A stretch of 64,000 bases of DNA, from positions 14,582 through 78,581 of the forward strand of contig CAVJDT010000003.1 in NCBI GenBank assembly GCA_963648435.1, given 5' to 3'. Numbering within the stretch: the first letter of the stretch is position 1; each line of letters opens with the position of its first letter. A program made the translations under genes and the position numbers. The notes under the pieces are model-generated. The model made no database searches, was not told the DNA's origin, and was given only the letters and a program-made list of their open reading frames with translations. Below, piece after piece: positions 44,445 through 54,712 of the stretch. This DNA is from Bacillota bacterium. Its GTDB lineage: Bacteria; Bacillota_I; Bacilli_A; ML615J-28; CAG-313.

Positions 44445-46130
44445 TTAATTTTTACCTTTAAGGTTGTTAATTTCAATGGGAACAAAAACAATTAAAGGTT
44501 TATGTTTAGTCATTCGAAAGATTAATCTCGTAATCTCATCAGTGATTTTCTTTTCTGCTTCTTCTAAAGAATAATTTCTACGCCATAATGAGTTTTCAAA
44601 AATACTTTTTGAAAGGTCACAAACTTTTTTAGTTAATTCCACATCTTCCATTTTTCCAACAATTCCTTTAGATATTACATTAGTTTTTTTAACGACCTTT
44701 CTTTGTCTAATATCATAATACATTGTTATAATTAAAGCTCCATCAGTTGATAGGGTTTCACGGTCTTTTATTACTTCTTCATTGACATCACCAATTAAAG
44801 AACCATCCACAAAAACATCACCAACTTTGACCTTACTACGCTCAACTGGTTTACCATCTTTAAAGTTTAAAATTTCCCCATTATCCGTTAAAAGAACTTT
44901 ACTGCGTTCATATCCAAAATCAAGAGCCACTAACAATTGTTCATACATATGACGGTACTCACCTTTAATCGGAATAATATATTTTGGTTTCAAAACACTA
45001 TACATTAATTTTAAATCATCACCAGTTGCATGAGATGGTCTTAAGATGGTACGATCATATACTGTTAAATCCATATCATAACGGTATAAAGTGTTAATTG
45101 CATTAGTTGCTAATTTTTCTGTTCCAGAAACAGGTGGACACATAACAATTATATGGTCCTTAGGAGTAAGATGAATATATTTATCTTCACCTAAAACCAT
45201 CTTTATAAGCATTGAATAAGCTTCTTCTCTTTTTCCATGAACAATTACAACTAAATTATCACTATCATTATCATTTGTTTCTGAATAAGGCTTTAAAGTT
45301 ACTAAATTTTGTTCAGGTACCTTTAAATAATTATTAAGGATTGCGGTTTCAACAAATTTAACTCCTTTATAACCGACAAATGCAATTTTACGATTTTCAA
45401 CAATTGATAAATTAATAATCTTTTGTATCCGTATTAAATCAGTTGAATAAGCAGCCACAATGATTCGACCTTTATTATGGGTCAAAATATTATTAAAATT
45501 ATGTTCTAACATCACATCGTTGTTAACTCTTCCAATCGCAGTCGTACCCACACTTTCACTCATAAGTGCTAATACTTTTCCTTTACCAAGATCAGAAATT
45601 TTACTGAAACTTGTAGTATAATGTTCATCGCTTGTAGGAGCAAAATTAAAGTCCGTAGCATAAATAATGGTACCATCTAGAGTGTGAATTGCCACTCCTA
45701 TTGATTCAGGAAGACTATGAGTAGTATTGAAAAACTCTACTTTAGTTCCTTTAAAGTTTAAAACTTTATTTTCATTAATTCGGTATAAGCGAAATTGCTT
45801 AATATCCATTTTATTATCTGTTAATAAAGTTTCAATTAAACTAATCGTAAAGTGGGTACCATACACATTAATAGGTAAATTTCTTAATAAATAAGGAATT
45901 GCCCCAATATTATCTTCATGACCATGTGATACAAATATCCCCGCAATCTTATTTTTTCTTTTCATCAAATAACTAATATCAGGTATCACCGCGTCAACCC
46001 CATACATGTCAATATCTGGATACCTTAATCCCGCATCTAAAATAAAAATGCATTCATCATTTTCTACAATATAAAGATTTTTACCATCTTCACCAAGTCC
46101 GCCTAAAGCCATTATCTTTAAATTTGCCAT
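44445..46130 (-). CDS. rnj: ribonuclease J (metallo-beta-lactamase/beta-CASP)
   Basis: MANLKIMALGGLGE.. and a beta-CASP domain. Motif II reads HGHEDN instead of the usual HGHEDH. Confidence 0.85.
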   Translation of the reverse strand: MANLKIMALGGLGEDGKNLYIVENDECIFILDAGLRYPDIDMYGVDAVIPDISYLMKRKNKIAGIFVSHGHEDNIGAIPYLLRNLPINVYGTHFTISLIETLLTDNKMDIKQFRLYRINENKVLNFKGTKVEFFNTTHSLPESIGVAIHTLDGTIIYATDFNFAPTSDEHYTTSFSKISDLGKGKVLALMSESVGTTAIGRVNNDVMLEHNFNNILTHNKGRIIVAAYSTDLIRIQKIINLSIVENRKIAFVGYKGVKFVETAILNNYLKVPEQNLVTLKPYSETNDNDSDNLVVIVHGKREEAYSMLIKMVLGEDKYIHLTPKDHIIVMCPPVSGTEKLATNAINTLYRYDMDLTVYDRTILRPSHATGDDLKLMYSVLKPKYIIPIKGEYRHMYEQLLVALDFGYERSKVLLTDNGEILNFKDGKPVERSKVKVGDVFVDGSLIGDVNEEVIKDRETLSTDGALIITMYYDIRQRKVVKKTNVISKGIVGKMEDVELTKKVCDLSKSIFENSLWRRNYSLEEAEKKITDEITRLIFRMTKHKPLIVFVPIEINNLKGKN

Positions 46131-46278
46131 TTTGGTTCCTCCTTTCTTTTTATATTTCTATATTTATTACTATAATAGACTAGATGTAATTATACCATTT
46201 TTCCAACTTTTTTTCAATTAAAGCGATTAGGAGGATTTAAGAAAAATATTTGAAAAAGAAAAACCAAGCACCAAAAAT

Positions 46279-47679
46279 CTAGTGTTTAGTTTTTTCTTTA
46301 TGTTTATAAGGAATTCTAAATAGTTGTTTAAACAAATCTTTAACATTAAAGGGAATAAAGGGATAAAGATAAGGCCGATTAAAACTTTTAAGACAGGCAA
46401 GATAGATAATAAGTAAAATGGTTCCACCAATAAAACCAGGTAATTTAAAAAAATATACACATAATAATAAAAATATATTAGCCATCTTATTAGCTAACGA
46501 TAACTCATAACTAGGTGTTATGTAAGACCCTATCGCCGAAATAGCCGCTAAAATAACAATTTGTTCTGTAAATAATCCCACCTTTATCGCAACATCACCA
46601 ATAATTAGGCCTGAAACCAGTCCCATTGATGTAGATAGAGCATTGGGGGTATGAATTGAAGCCATTCTAATTAATTCAATTCCAATTAAAACCGTAATCA
46701 GTTGTAAAAAAAGAATATTATGATTATGATTACTTGGAATGAATAACTGTAAGTTAGGTAAATTATAATCAGTTAAAGCATACCATAAAGGGATACAAAA
46801 GAAAGCCATAACAATTCCCAATATTCTAATTAACCTTAAATACGACCCCGCAACAACTGTTTGTCTAAATTCTTCGGCATGTTGTAAATGATCAAAAACA
46901 CTAACCGGGCCTAAAATAGCACTTGGTGAGGTATCAACAATCAAGCCAAACATTCCTTGATATAAATGAATAGCAAGCGTATCTGGTCTTTCTGTATATT
47001 TTACTAAAGGATAGGGACTATACCGATGATTAACTAATAATTCTTCAAGGGCTTTATCACTCATTGTTAATTCTTTAACTTTTATATTATCAAGTTTTTC
47101 CATAATTGTTTTTAAAATATTAGGTTTAATAACATCTTTTAAATAAACTAAAGCAACCTTAGTTTTACTAATTGTTCCAATTTCCCAAATTTTCATTCCG
47201 AGTTTACCTGTTTTAATTCTTCTTCTAATTAATCCAATATTGGTGGCAAAATTCTCAGTAAATCCGTCTCTACTTCCTCTTACTACTTTTTCACCATCTG
47301 GTTCACTAATTGAGCGAGATGGATATTGTTTAGTTTCACTGATAAACATTAAGTTTTTACTACACGTTACCACTAAATCGCCATTAAACACCGCATCACT
47401 TGCCATATTTAAATCAGTGGTAAATTCCAAATTTAAAGAAGTAAGATTATTAGCTATTACCTCTTTGATATTATTTTGATTAATTTGATCTTTTATTTTT
47501 ATAAAGCTTGTCATTAATCTTGAAATAGCAAGACTATTTGCGAGAAACGAATCATAATAAAAAGTAAAAGTTAAATTATTACCATTAGTTATTGTTCTTT
47601 TAGTAATATCAAAGGTTATATTTAGTCCTAATATTTCATCTAGAGTTTGATTGTTTGGTTCTTTATTCATTTTAGCCAC
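46279..47679 (-). CDS. spoVAF: stage V sporulation protein AF (GerA-family germination protein paralog)
   Basis: GerA-family core GSRDGFTENFATNIGLIRRRI..PYPL and C-terminal TM helices; last gene of the spoVA cluster. Confidence 0.75.
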   Translation of the reverse strand: MAKMNKEPNNQTLDEILGLNITFDITKRTITNGNNLTFTFYYDSFLANSLAISRLMTSFIKIKDQINQNNIKEVIANNLTSLNLEFTTDLNMASDAVFNGDLVVTCSKNLMFISETKQYPSRSISEPDGEKVVRGSRDGFTENFATNIGLIRRRIKTGKLGMKIWEIGTISKTKVALVYLKDVIKPNILKTIMEKLDNIKVKELTMSDKALEELLVNHRYSPYPLVKYTERPDTLAIHLYQGMFGLIVDTSPSAILGPVSVFDHLQHAEEFRQTVVAGSYLRLIRILGIVMAFFCIPLWYALTDYNLPNLQLFIPSNHNHNILFLQLITVLIGIELIRMASIHTPNALSTSMGLVSGLIIGDVAIKVGLFTEQIVILAAISAIGSYITPSYELSLANKMANIFLLLCVYFFKLPGFIGGTILLIIYLACLKSFNRPYLYPFIPFNVKDLFKQLFRIPYKHKEKTKH

Positions 47680-48022
47680 GCGGTTTAAAAATTAAAGCAA
47701 CAATAAATGATGAAAAAATGGCGGTGGAAATACCACTAGATGTTATATCAAAAATACCAGTAAAAAGTCCCATTATGCCGCTTTCTTCAGCTGCTTTTAG
47801 GGCCGCATGCGTTAAGGAATGTCCAAAAGATGAAATGGGGACAAGAGCTCCCCCACCAGCTACTTTAATTAATTTATCATATAGACCAAAACATTCTAAA
47901 AATGAACCAAGCATAACGTATATAACTGTTAAATGAATAGGAAGTAATTTAGCTAAATCCATGATTAACTGAGCAATCATACAAATTAATCCACACACTA
48001 AAAATGCTAGTAAAAACTTCAT
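47672..48022 (-). CDS. spoVAEb: stage V sporulation protein AEb
   Basis: 116 aa, multi-TM; sits between spoVAD and spoVAF as in Bacillus. Confidence 0.75.
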   Translation of the reverse strand: MKFLLAFLVCGLICMIAQLIMDLAKLLPIHLTVIYVMLGSFLECFGLYDKLIKVAGGGALVPISSFGHSLTHAALKAAEESGIMGLFTGIFDITSSGISTAIFSSFIVALIFKPRG

Positions 48023-49030
48023 TTAATCCCACCTTTCTAAACATATTGCATGACTAATGCAAGGAATAGTATCTTTTTGCGCAACCATTACTGGGTTTAA
48101 TAAAGCACCAGTTGCGAGAATTAATACCTTTTTATATGTTCCTTTTTTTAATTCTTCAACAATATAACTGAGTAGATAAGCCGTTATACAGCCACATCCA
48201 CTCCCCCCCGCAAACACTTTTTGCTTTTTAATATTATACAAATTTTTCCCCGCATCTTTATGCTTATCTTTTAATAAAATTCCATTTTCCTTGCAACATT
48301 TAATAAATAATTCACTACCATAAATTGATAAATCACCAGTAACAATAACATCATAATCATCAACAGTTTCATTAAAATTACTTAAATGATCAAAAAGTGT
48401 TTCAGCAGCACTTGGAGCCATTATGCGTCCCATATCTTGAGCATCTTTTTGATTTACATCAATAATCTTACCAATAGTTCCGGATTTTACACAAATACGT
48501 GTAGGTGTACTTCCTAATAAACATATCCCCGCCGCGGTAGTAGTGAAAGTCATAGAAGTAGGCTTTTGTCCCCCATATTCTGTTGGATAACGAAATTGTC
48601 TTTCACTAGTCGCATTATGACTAGAACTTGCAACTAAAACCTTCGCATTTTTGATACTATCAACATAAATACTTCCTAAAATCATATTTTCTGTAATTGT
48701 TGAACATGCGGCAAAAGTCCCCAAAAAAGGAATAAAAGTATTACGCATTGCATAAGTACTAGCCACAATTTGATTATTTAAATCTCCCGAAAACATAACA
48801 TCAATATCATTTGGACATAATTTTTCTTTTTGACAAATTATTTCAAAAGCTTTTTTAACTAGTGCAATTTCAGCTTTTTCCCAAGTTTTTTCATTACAAT
48901 AATTGTTATCATAACTATAATCAAAATAATTACCATAAGGACCATTTTTTTCTTTTGGCCCTGTCACGACTGCGGTATTTTCAACAAAAACACTATCAAA
49001 ACTTAAACTATTTCGACCAACTTTTTTCAT
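48023..49030 (-). CDS. spoVAD: stage V sporulation protein AD (thiolase-like fold, DPA uptake)
   Basis: 335 aa; condensing-enzyme-like fold (..GGSGCGC..), matching SpoVAD length and synteny. Confidence 0.8.
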   Translation of the reverse strand: MKKVGRNSLSFDSVFVENTAVVTGPKEKNGPYGNYFDYSYDNNYCNEKTWEKAEIALVKKAFEIICQKEKLCPNDIDVMFSGDLNNQIVASTYAMRNTFIPFLGTFAACSTITENMILGSIYVDSIKNAKVLVASSSHNATSERQFRYPTEYGGQKPTSMTFTTTAAGICLLGSTPTRICVKSGTIGKIIDVNQKDAQDMGRIMAPSAAETLFDHLSNFNETVDDYDVIVTGDLSIYGSELFIKCCKENGILLKDKHKDAGKNLYNIKKQKVFAGGSGCGCITAYLLSYIVEELKKGTYKKVLILATGALLNPVMVAQKDTIPCISHAICLERWD

Positions 49031-49031
49031 A

Positions 49032-49484
49032 CTATCTAATTAAATAAATAATGGTGGCACTAATAAATGAACTAACAACTCCCGCAACAATTACCGTCCC
49101 TGCTAATTTAAACATATTACTCATAATACCAAGAACGACCCCTTCACTTTTCCCTTCTAAAGCAGCTGAAGTCATTGAATTTGCAAAACCAGTAATTGGA
49201 ATAAAAGTTCCCGCCCCCGCAAGTTGTCCAATTTTATCAAATACCCCAATTCCTGTTAAAATGGAAGTTATAACAACAATACTCATTGACATCAACCCAT
49301 TTGCCATTAATTCTTCAATTTTAAACACCATAACATATAAAGTTATCAGTCCTTCTGCGATAATTCCAATCACTCCTCCGATTAAAAACGCAAATAGCAA
49401 ATTTTTTATAATTGGTCTTTTTACAGGTTTTTCTTTAATAATTGATTGATATTTTTGTAATCTCTTATTTTCCATATTAATCAC
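49032..49484 (-). CDS. spoVAC: stage V sporulation protein AC
   Basis: 150 aa, 4 TM; KNLLFAFLIGGVIGIIAEGL typical of SpoVAC. Confidence 0.8.
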   Translation of the reverse strand: MINMENKRLQKYQSIIKEKPVKRPIIKNLLFAFLIGGVIGIIAEGLITLYVMVFKIEELMANGLMSMSIVVITSILTGIGVFDKIGQLAGAGTFIPITGFANSMTSAALEGKSEGVVLGIMSNMFKLAGTVIVAGVVSSFISATIIYLIR

Positions 49485-49577
49485 TCCTTTTAGATTATTT
49501 TTCCATTTTTATTTGAAAATATACCTAATTTGTGAAAAAAGCCTTTAAAGCAAAATTACCTTAAAGACATATTTTTT

Positions 49578-50903
49578 TTATTTAACAGTTTGAATTTCAC
49601 CAGCTTTAGTTAAAGCAATTTTAGTAATAACTGGTCCAATTAATTCATAAAACAATGTTGCACAAAGGACAACCGCCGTAATGGTCGAAGCCATATTAGC
49701 TAAATAATTATAACCACTTTCATTAACCACTTTTAAGCTTTCCGTTGCAAAACTTCTAAATGTACTTGATGAACTTCGGGCCATACCAATTGCCACCCCT
49801 GCTTGAGGAAGCAAAGTTAAACCTAAATATTTTTTGACAGTTCCTCCAGTATGTGCCATCGTACAACCAAGTCTTGCCCCAAAATATTTACCAAGTGATC
49901 TAGCAAGTAAATAAACAGCACAAATACCAATAACTGTCCAACTTCCCATAACACTAAAATCTAGTTCAGCTCCAGATAAAATAAAGAATAACATAAATAA
50001 AGCCGGAGTCCAACGTTCAATACCATCTAAAATGTTTATAGCATCTCTTTCCATATTACAGAAAATTGCACCAATCATCATACAAGTAAGTAATGATGAT
50101 AGTTCCATATTGAATTTTTCTGCGAATAATTCACAGAGTCCTACTCCTAAAATTACTGATGCAAGCATGCAAATTAAACGATTAGCTCGAGATTTAAAAA
50201 ATTTCATCGCAAAAGTTAAAATAAAACCAAGGGTTGCCCCAATTGCAAGTGACAAAAAAATCTCACAAAGTGGCATTAAAAGAATATTTTTAATACTGAT
50301 GGTCGCACCATCCACCCCCGCATATTGTTTTGCTAGAACTTGAGCTACAGAAAAAGAAATAGAAAATAAGATTAAGCCAATTGCATCATCAAAGGCAACT
50401 ACTGGTAACAAAATATCCGTAACAGGACCTCTTGCTTTATATTGTTTAACAACCATTAAGGTTGCGGCAGGAGCCGTGGCGGTAGCGATAGCACCAAGAG
50501 TTAAAATTAATGGTAAATTAGCTTCTAAATTTCCAACAATTAAACAAGTAATTACTAAAAATACATCAACAGCCACTAAAGCCATACACGATTGCATGAT
50601 TGTAATTGTAATAACCCCTTTACCAATCTTTTTAATACTTGATAGTTTAAATTCACTACCAATCGAAAAAGCAATAAAACCTAAAGCTAAATCAACAATA
50701 ATTCCAAAAGCCGAAACCATTTCTTTATTAATGACTCCATCAAGTTTGGAATTAAATAAACTAAATAAATAAGGTCCTAATAAAATACCAACAATCAAAT
50801 AAGCTGTAACATTAGGTAAATGAACTAACTTTATAAGTCGATTGGAAATAAGTCCTGCAACTAAAGCAATACCTATTCCTAATAATATATACGCTGAGGT
50901 CAT
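49578..50903 (-). CDS. CPA2-family monovalent cation:proton antiporter, membrane domain only (no fused RCK/KTN domain)
   Basis: 441 aa, ~12 TM; N-terminal ILLGIGIALVAGLI..VTAYLIVGILLGPY typical of KefB/NapA-like exchangers. Confidence 0.75.
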   Translation of the reverse strand: MTSAYILLGIGIALVAGLISNRLIKLVHLPNVTAYLIVGILLGPYLFSLFNSKLDGVINKEMVSAFGIIVDLALGFIAFSIGSEFKLSSIKKIGKGVITITIMQSCMALVAVDVFLVITCLIVGNLEANLPLILTLGAIATATAPAATLMVVKQYKARGPVTDILLPVVAFDDAIGLILFSISFSVAQVLAKQYAGVDGATISIKNILLMPLCEIFLSLAIGATLGFILTFAMKFFKSRANRLICMLASVILGVGLCELFAEKFNMELSSLLTCMMIGAIFCNMERDAINILDGIERWTPALFMLFFILSGAELDFSVMGSWTVIGICAVYLLARSLGKYFGARLGCTMAHTGGTVKKYLGLTLLPQAGVAIGMARSSSSTFRSFATESLKVVNESGYNYLANMASTITAVVLCATLFYELIGPVITKIALTKAGEIQTVK

Positions 50904-51235
50904 TATTCGTCAAGTCCTTCCAAATAACTTATCGGTAATGAATACATAAATCCTTTACCTTTAATTCCTCCTACTACTTCTTTGACAAGTTCACTTAATT
51001 TTTTAATTTCTTCATCTTTCTTTACAACCACAAAAATCATTGGACGGGCAACTTCTTTGCCTTCAACAACTTTAGTAAGACCACCAAAATAAGGTTCAGG
51101 TTCTATTGAATCCATTAATGCATGCCTAATACTTCTAGTTGAAAGCACAGTTCCATGATAATTATTGTCAGAAAACTTCTTTAATATTGAAGACACATAA
51201 ACATCTTCTGTTAATACTACAATAAATAATTGCAT
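50903..51235 (-). CDS. PII-like small signalling protein (DarA/PstA- or DUF190-like), translationally coupled to the antiporter
   Basis: 110 aa. The pattern MQLFIVVLTEDVYVSSILKKF..GTVLSTRS..MIFVVVKKDEEI..L matches the PII beta-alpha-beta fold (compare DarA KLIVAVVQDQD..GYRATKL). Its TAA stop overlaps the downstream ATG (TAATG). Confidence 0.45.
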   Translation of the reverse strand: MQLFIVVLTEDVYVSSILKKFSDNNYHGTVLSTRSIRHALMDSIEPEPYFGGLTKVVEGKEVARPMIFVVVKKDEEIKKLSELVKEVVGGIKGKGFMYSLPISYLEGLDE

Positions 51236-51309
51236 ATAATACCTCCATAAATTCTAAACTATTATACCACTTTTGATTTGCAAATGTTCAAAAAAAGCAT
51301 TAGGAAACC

Positions 51310-53784
51310 CTAATACTTTTTTGCTTTTTTAATAATTCGAAGGGTATTTAAGATTGCAAGCAAACATAAACCTACATCTGATAATACTCCAATTAACATA
51401 CCATATGAACCAAGGAGTTGGAAGGTACTTAAAACAAGCACTCCTACTTTAACTAATATAGCCACAATTATATTTTCATAAATAATTCTCATGGTTTTTT
51501 TAGAAATAGCAATAGCATCAATTATCTTACCAATATCATCATTCATAATAACAACATCTGCTGCGGTTTTCGCAATATCACTACCTTTAGCCCCCATTGC
51601 AATTCCAACCGTTGCCATTTTTAAGCTTGGAGTATCATTAATCCCATCACCAACATAAACAATTGATTTATTATTTTTTAATTTTTCACTTAAAACATCA
51701 AGTTTTTCATTTGGTAATAACTTAGCATAAGCTTCATCAACCCCTAATTTCTTTTTAACGCTACTAACAATTTTTTCACTATCGCCACTTAATATCGTAG
51801 TAGTAATATTTTGAGAGCGTAAATATTCAATAGTTTCTTTAGCTCGGGGTTTTAGTTCATCAATGACAACAATACTACCAACAAATTTTCCATCAATCGC
51901 AATATAAACAACCGATCCAGGACATGTTTCTAAAACATAGTCAATATTGTTTTCTTTCATTAAACGTTCATTACCAATTAAAACCTTCTTGTTTTCAAAA
52001 TTTGCAGATAAACCGAACCCCGCAAGTTCTTGAAGATTTGAAACTCTATCTTGATTAATATCCCCATGATATGCCGATACAATGGATTTTGCGATTGGGT
52101 GATTTGAAAATGATTCAATGGTTGCGGTTAACTCTAATAATTCATCATAAGTATAACCATCAAATACATTAATTTCATCAACCACAAAGTTACCCTCAGA
52201 TAATGTTCCAGTTTTATCAAAAACAAATGCTTTTGTTTTGCTTAAATATTCTAAATAATTTCCACCTTTAACTAAAATACCATCACTTGAAGCTCGGCCA
52301 ATCCCACTAAAGAAACCAAGAGGAACTGAAATTACAAGGGCACAAGGACAAGATACAGTTAAGAAAACTAAAACCGTATTAATTGTTTCCGCATTAGAAA
52401 TACCTAAGGCAAATTTCATTACAAGGCCTGTAACAACAGCTGATGCAAGAATAATTGGAGTATAGACTCTTGCAAATTTTGTAATAAACTTTTCAGTTTT
52501 TGATTTTTTATTACTTGCTTCATCAATTAATTTAACCACCTTACTAATTGTGGAATCACTTTCAACAGTTGTAACTCTAATTTTAATTACTTTAGTTAAA
52601 TTAATACAACCTGATAATACTTCATCACCAATATTAATTTCACTAGGCAAAGATTCACCAGTCAAACACTTAGTATCAAGACTGGTACTACCATCAATTA
52701 TAACCCCATCAAGAGGGATTTTTTCTCCAACCTTAACAACAATGATATCACCAATATGAACATCTTTAAGTTCTACTACATCACCATTTTCAAGAGTTGC
52801 CTTATCAACTTTTAATTCCATAAGACCTTGAATTGATTTTGTAGATTTATCAATGGCACGAGATTGAATTTTTTCACCAATACGATATAAAAGAATAACC
52901 ATAATCGCTTCAATTGGTTCTTTGTTAATAAATGCTCCAACTGAGGCGATTAACATTAGAAAGTTTTCATCAAATATTTGTCCATGAATAATATTTTTGA
53001 ATGATTCATATAGTACTTTATATCCAATTAAGAAATAAATAACCCCAAATATAATATACATATAGAAACTTTCATCTTTACCAATAATCCAGTATAATGA
53101 AGATGCCACAAAAAGTGTAACTGATATAATAAATAAGATAAAACTTACTTTAGATTTTTTTGATTTTTCTGTCTTATTCTTTAAAACAATAGCTTCACTT
53201 TCAATTTTTTTAACTTCCTTACATACCGTTTCATATACTTCAACATTATTACGGTGGGTAATAATAATTTTTTTATTAACAAAGTTAACTTTAGCATCAA
53301 TAATATCATTACATTTATTTAAAGCTCTTTCAACTTTTAAGGCACAATTAGGACAGTCAATGTTTTCAAACATATACTCATCAACCGCCATATTTGGTCC
53401 TAGCTCTTTATTTTTAGAATTTATGTGTTCATGGTCATGGTCGTGATCATGTTCACAGCAGTCACAATGCCCATGGTCATGTTCATGATCGTGGTCACAA
53501 TGTTCATGGTCGTGATCACAATGTTCATGCTCATGATGCTTTGCTTTTTTGGAAGTTACAACTTTACCATTTTGATGAAACGGGCATTTACTTAAGTTTA
53601 TAACTGTTGCTAAAATCATCTTAACTTCATCTTCTGTTAAATTTCTACGGCCTTCAATTGATACTTTTTTACGGTCATAATTAATATTTACTTCTTTAAT
53701 ATACTCGATTTTTTGCAAGTTTGTGGCTAATATTTTTGCACAATCCGGGCATTTAAGTTCTTTAACTTTAAATGTATACTGCAT
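51310..53784 (-). CDS. cadA: Cd2+/Zn2+-type heavy-metal P1B-ATPase
   Basis: Two HMA domains (CPDCAKIL, CPNCALKV) and a His/Cys/Asp-rich stretch. Also carries the CPC transmembrane motif, DKTGTLS and GDGINDTPSL. Confidence 0.9.
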   Translation of the reverse strand: MQYTFKVKELKCPDCAKILATNLQKIEYIKEVNINYDRKKVSIEGRRNLTEDEVKMILATVINLSKCPFHQNGKVVTSKKAKHHEHEHCDHDHEHCDHDHEHDHGHCDCCEHDHDHDHEHINSKNKELGPNMAVDEYMFENIDCPNCALKVERALNKCNDIIDAKVNFVNKKIIITHRNNVEVYETVCKEVKKIESEAIVLKNKTEKSKKSKVSFILFIISVTLFVASSLYWIIGKDESFYMYIIFGVIYFLIGYKVLYESFKNIIHGQIFDENFLMLIASVGAFINKEPIEAIMVILLYRIGEKIQSRAIDKSTKSIQGLMELKVDKATLENGDVVELKDVHIGDIIVVKVGEKIPLDGVIIDGSTSLDTKCLTGESLPSEINIGDEVLSGCINLTKVIKIRVTTVESDSTISKVVKLIDEASNKKSKTEKFITKFARVYTPIILASAVVTGLVMKFALGISNAETINTVLVFLTVSCPCALVISVPLGFFSGIGRASSDGILVKGGNYLEYLSKTKAFVFDKTGTLSEGNFVVDEINVFDGYTYDELLELTATIESFSNHPIAKSIVSAYHGDINQDRVSNLQELAGFGLSANFENKKVLIGNERLMKENNIDYVLETCPGSVVYIAIDGKFVGSIVVIDELKPRAKETIEYLRSQNITTTILSGDSEKIVSSVKKKLGVDEAYAKLLPNEKLDVLSEKLKNNKSIVYVGDGINDTPSLKMATVGIAMGAKGSDIAKTAADVVIMNDDIGKIIDAIAISKKTMRIIYENIIVAILVKVGVLVLSTFQLLGSYGMLIGVLSDVGLCLLAILNTLRIIKKAKKY

Positions 53785-53793
53785 AACTTACTC

Positions 53794-54093
53794 CTATAAA
53801 TGTTCTAAATGTTCAATAGTAATTTCTAGTATTTGTAAAACATGTTCATCAACAATTGAATAAAATATCATCTTGCCATCTCTTCTTGTTTTAACAAGTC
53901 GAGCATGACGTAATATTCGTAATTGATATGAAACAGCCGTTTGGCTCATGTCAACATCTTTTGCAATATCTTGTACACATTTTTCCCCTTTTAATAATGA
54001 TGTAATAATTTTTACTCGTGAAAAATCAGATAAATTCTTATAAAACTCTGATAATTCATAAATATCATTTTCATTTAGTGTGTTTTTATTCAT
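53794..54093 (-). CDS. cadC: ArsR/SmtB-family metalloregulator (CadC-like)
   Basis: HTH ..VQDIAKDVDMSQTAVSYQLRILRHARLV; start set at MNKNTLNE; directly upstream of cadA. Confidence 0.8.
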   Translation of the reverse strand: MNKNTLNENDIYELSEFYKNLSDFSRVKIITSLLKGEKCVQDIAKDVDMSQTAVSYQLRILRHARLVKTRRDGKMIFYSIVDEHVLQILEITIEHLEHL

Positions 54094-54166
54094 GTTACAC
54101 CTCACATATGAATATATACACATATATTATACATAATTATATAAATAAATCAACACATATGCTGTA

Positions 54167-54712
54167 TTATTTAGTAATCGCAATTTTTTCACGCATTTCT
54201 TTAAGCATTCTACTAACTTTGCTTTGACTTATGGAAAGTTCCTTTGCTATTTCAACTTGACTATACCTGTTTTCTAAACGAAGTTTTAATAGTTCTTTTT
54301 CCATAGCTGTAAAATTAAACGCATCTAAATTTAAATAATTTCCCTCTATATCATTCATATCTTCTTTTAGTTCTACTTGATAATATTCTTTCGCAACTAA
54401 ACTATCAGTTTGATCAATTGTTTTTTCTTTTGATGAAGTTAAATTTTTATAGTATTTACTAGTTTTAATTAAACTGCGTTTCTCAAGTTCATCTTTGATA
54501 GCCCCAATAATATAGTAAGTAGCATAAGTTGAAAACTTCGCTCCTTTCGTAACATCATACTTTTTCGCCGCGTTAAATAGTCCCATCATTCCAGCTTGTA
54601 CTAAATCATCATAATCAAATGGACTTACCTTAAAACGCCTAGCGATTTTATAAACTAAACGTTGATTAGATTCAACTAAAAACTCATATTGACTAGTATT
54701 CACCTTGTTCAT
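54167..54712 (-). CDS. sigF: compact sporulation-type sigma factor (regions 2 and 4 only) in the sigF position
   Basis: Region 2 (DLVQAGMMGLFNAAKKYD..FSTYATYYIIGAIKDEL) and a region 4 HTH (SQVEIAKELSISQSKVSRM) are present. At 181 aa it is far shorter than the 255-aa B. subtilis SigF. It follows spoIIAA-spoIIAB and dacF. Confidence 0.55.
   Translation of the reverse strand: MNKVNTSQYEFLVESNQRLVYKIARRFKVSPFDYDDLVQAGMMGLFNAAKKYDVTKGAKFSTYATYYIIGAIKDELEKRSLIKTSKYYKNLTSSKEKTIDQTDSLVAKEYYQVELKEDMNDIEGNYLNLDAFNFTAMEKELLKLRLENRYSQVEIAKELSISQSKVSRMLKEMREKIAITK

Noticed and set aside
49485-49577. Terminator between spoVAC and the CPA2 gene
   Set aside because: The palindromic CTTTAAAG elements with a flanking A-run and T-run are suggestive, but the stem is short and interrupted, so I did not call it.
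46227-52759. Short ORFs 46227..46460, 47240..47479, 47718..47936, 48862..49047, 49051..49449, 50032..50343, 50476..50772 and 52550..52759
   Set aside because: Each lies wholly within, and out of frame or antisense to, a well-supported gene (spoVA genes, the CPA2 antiporter, cadA).
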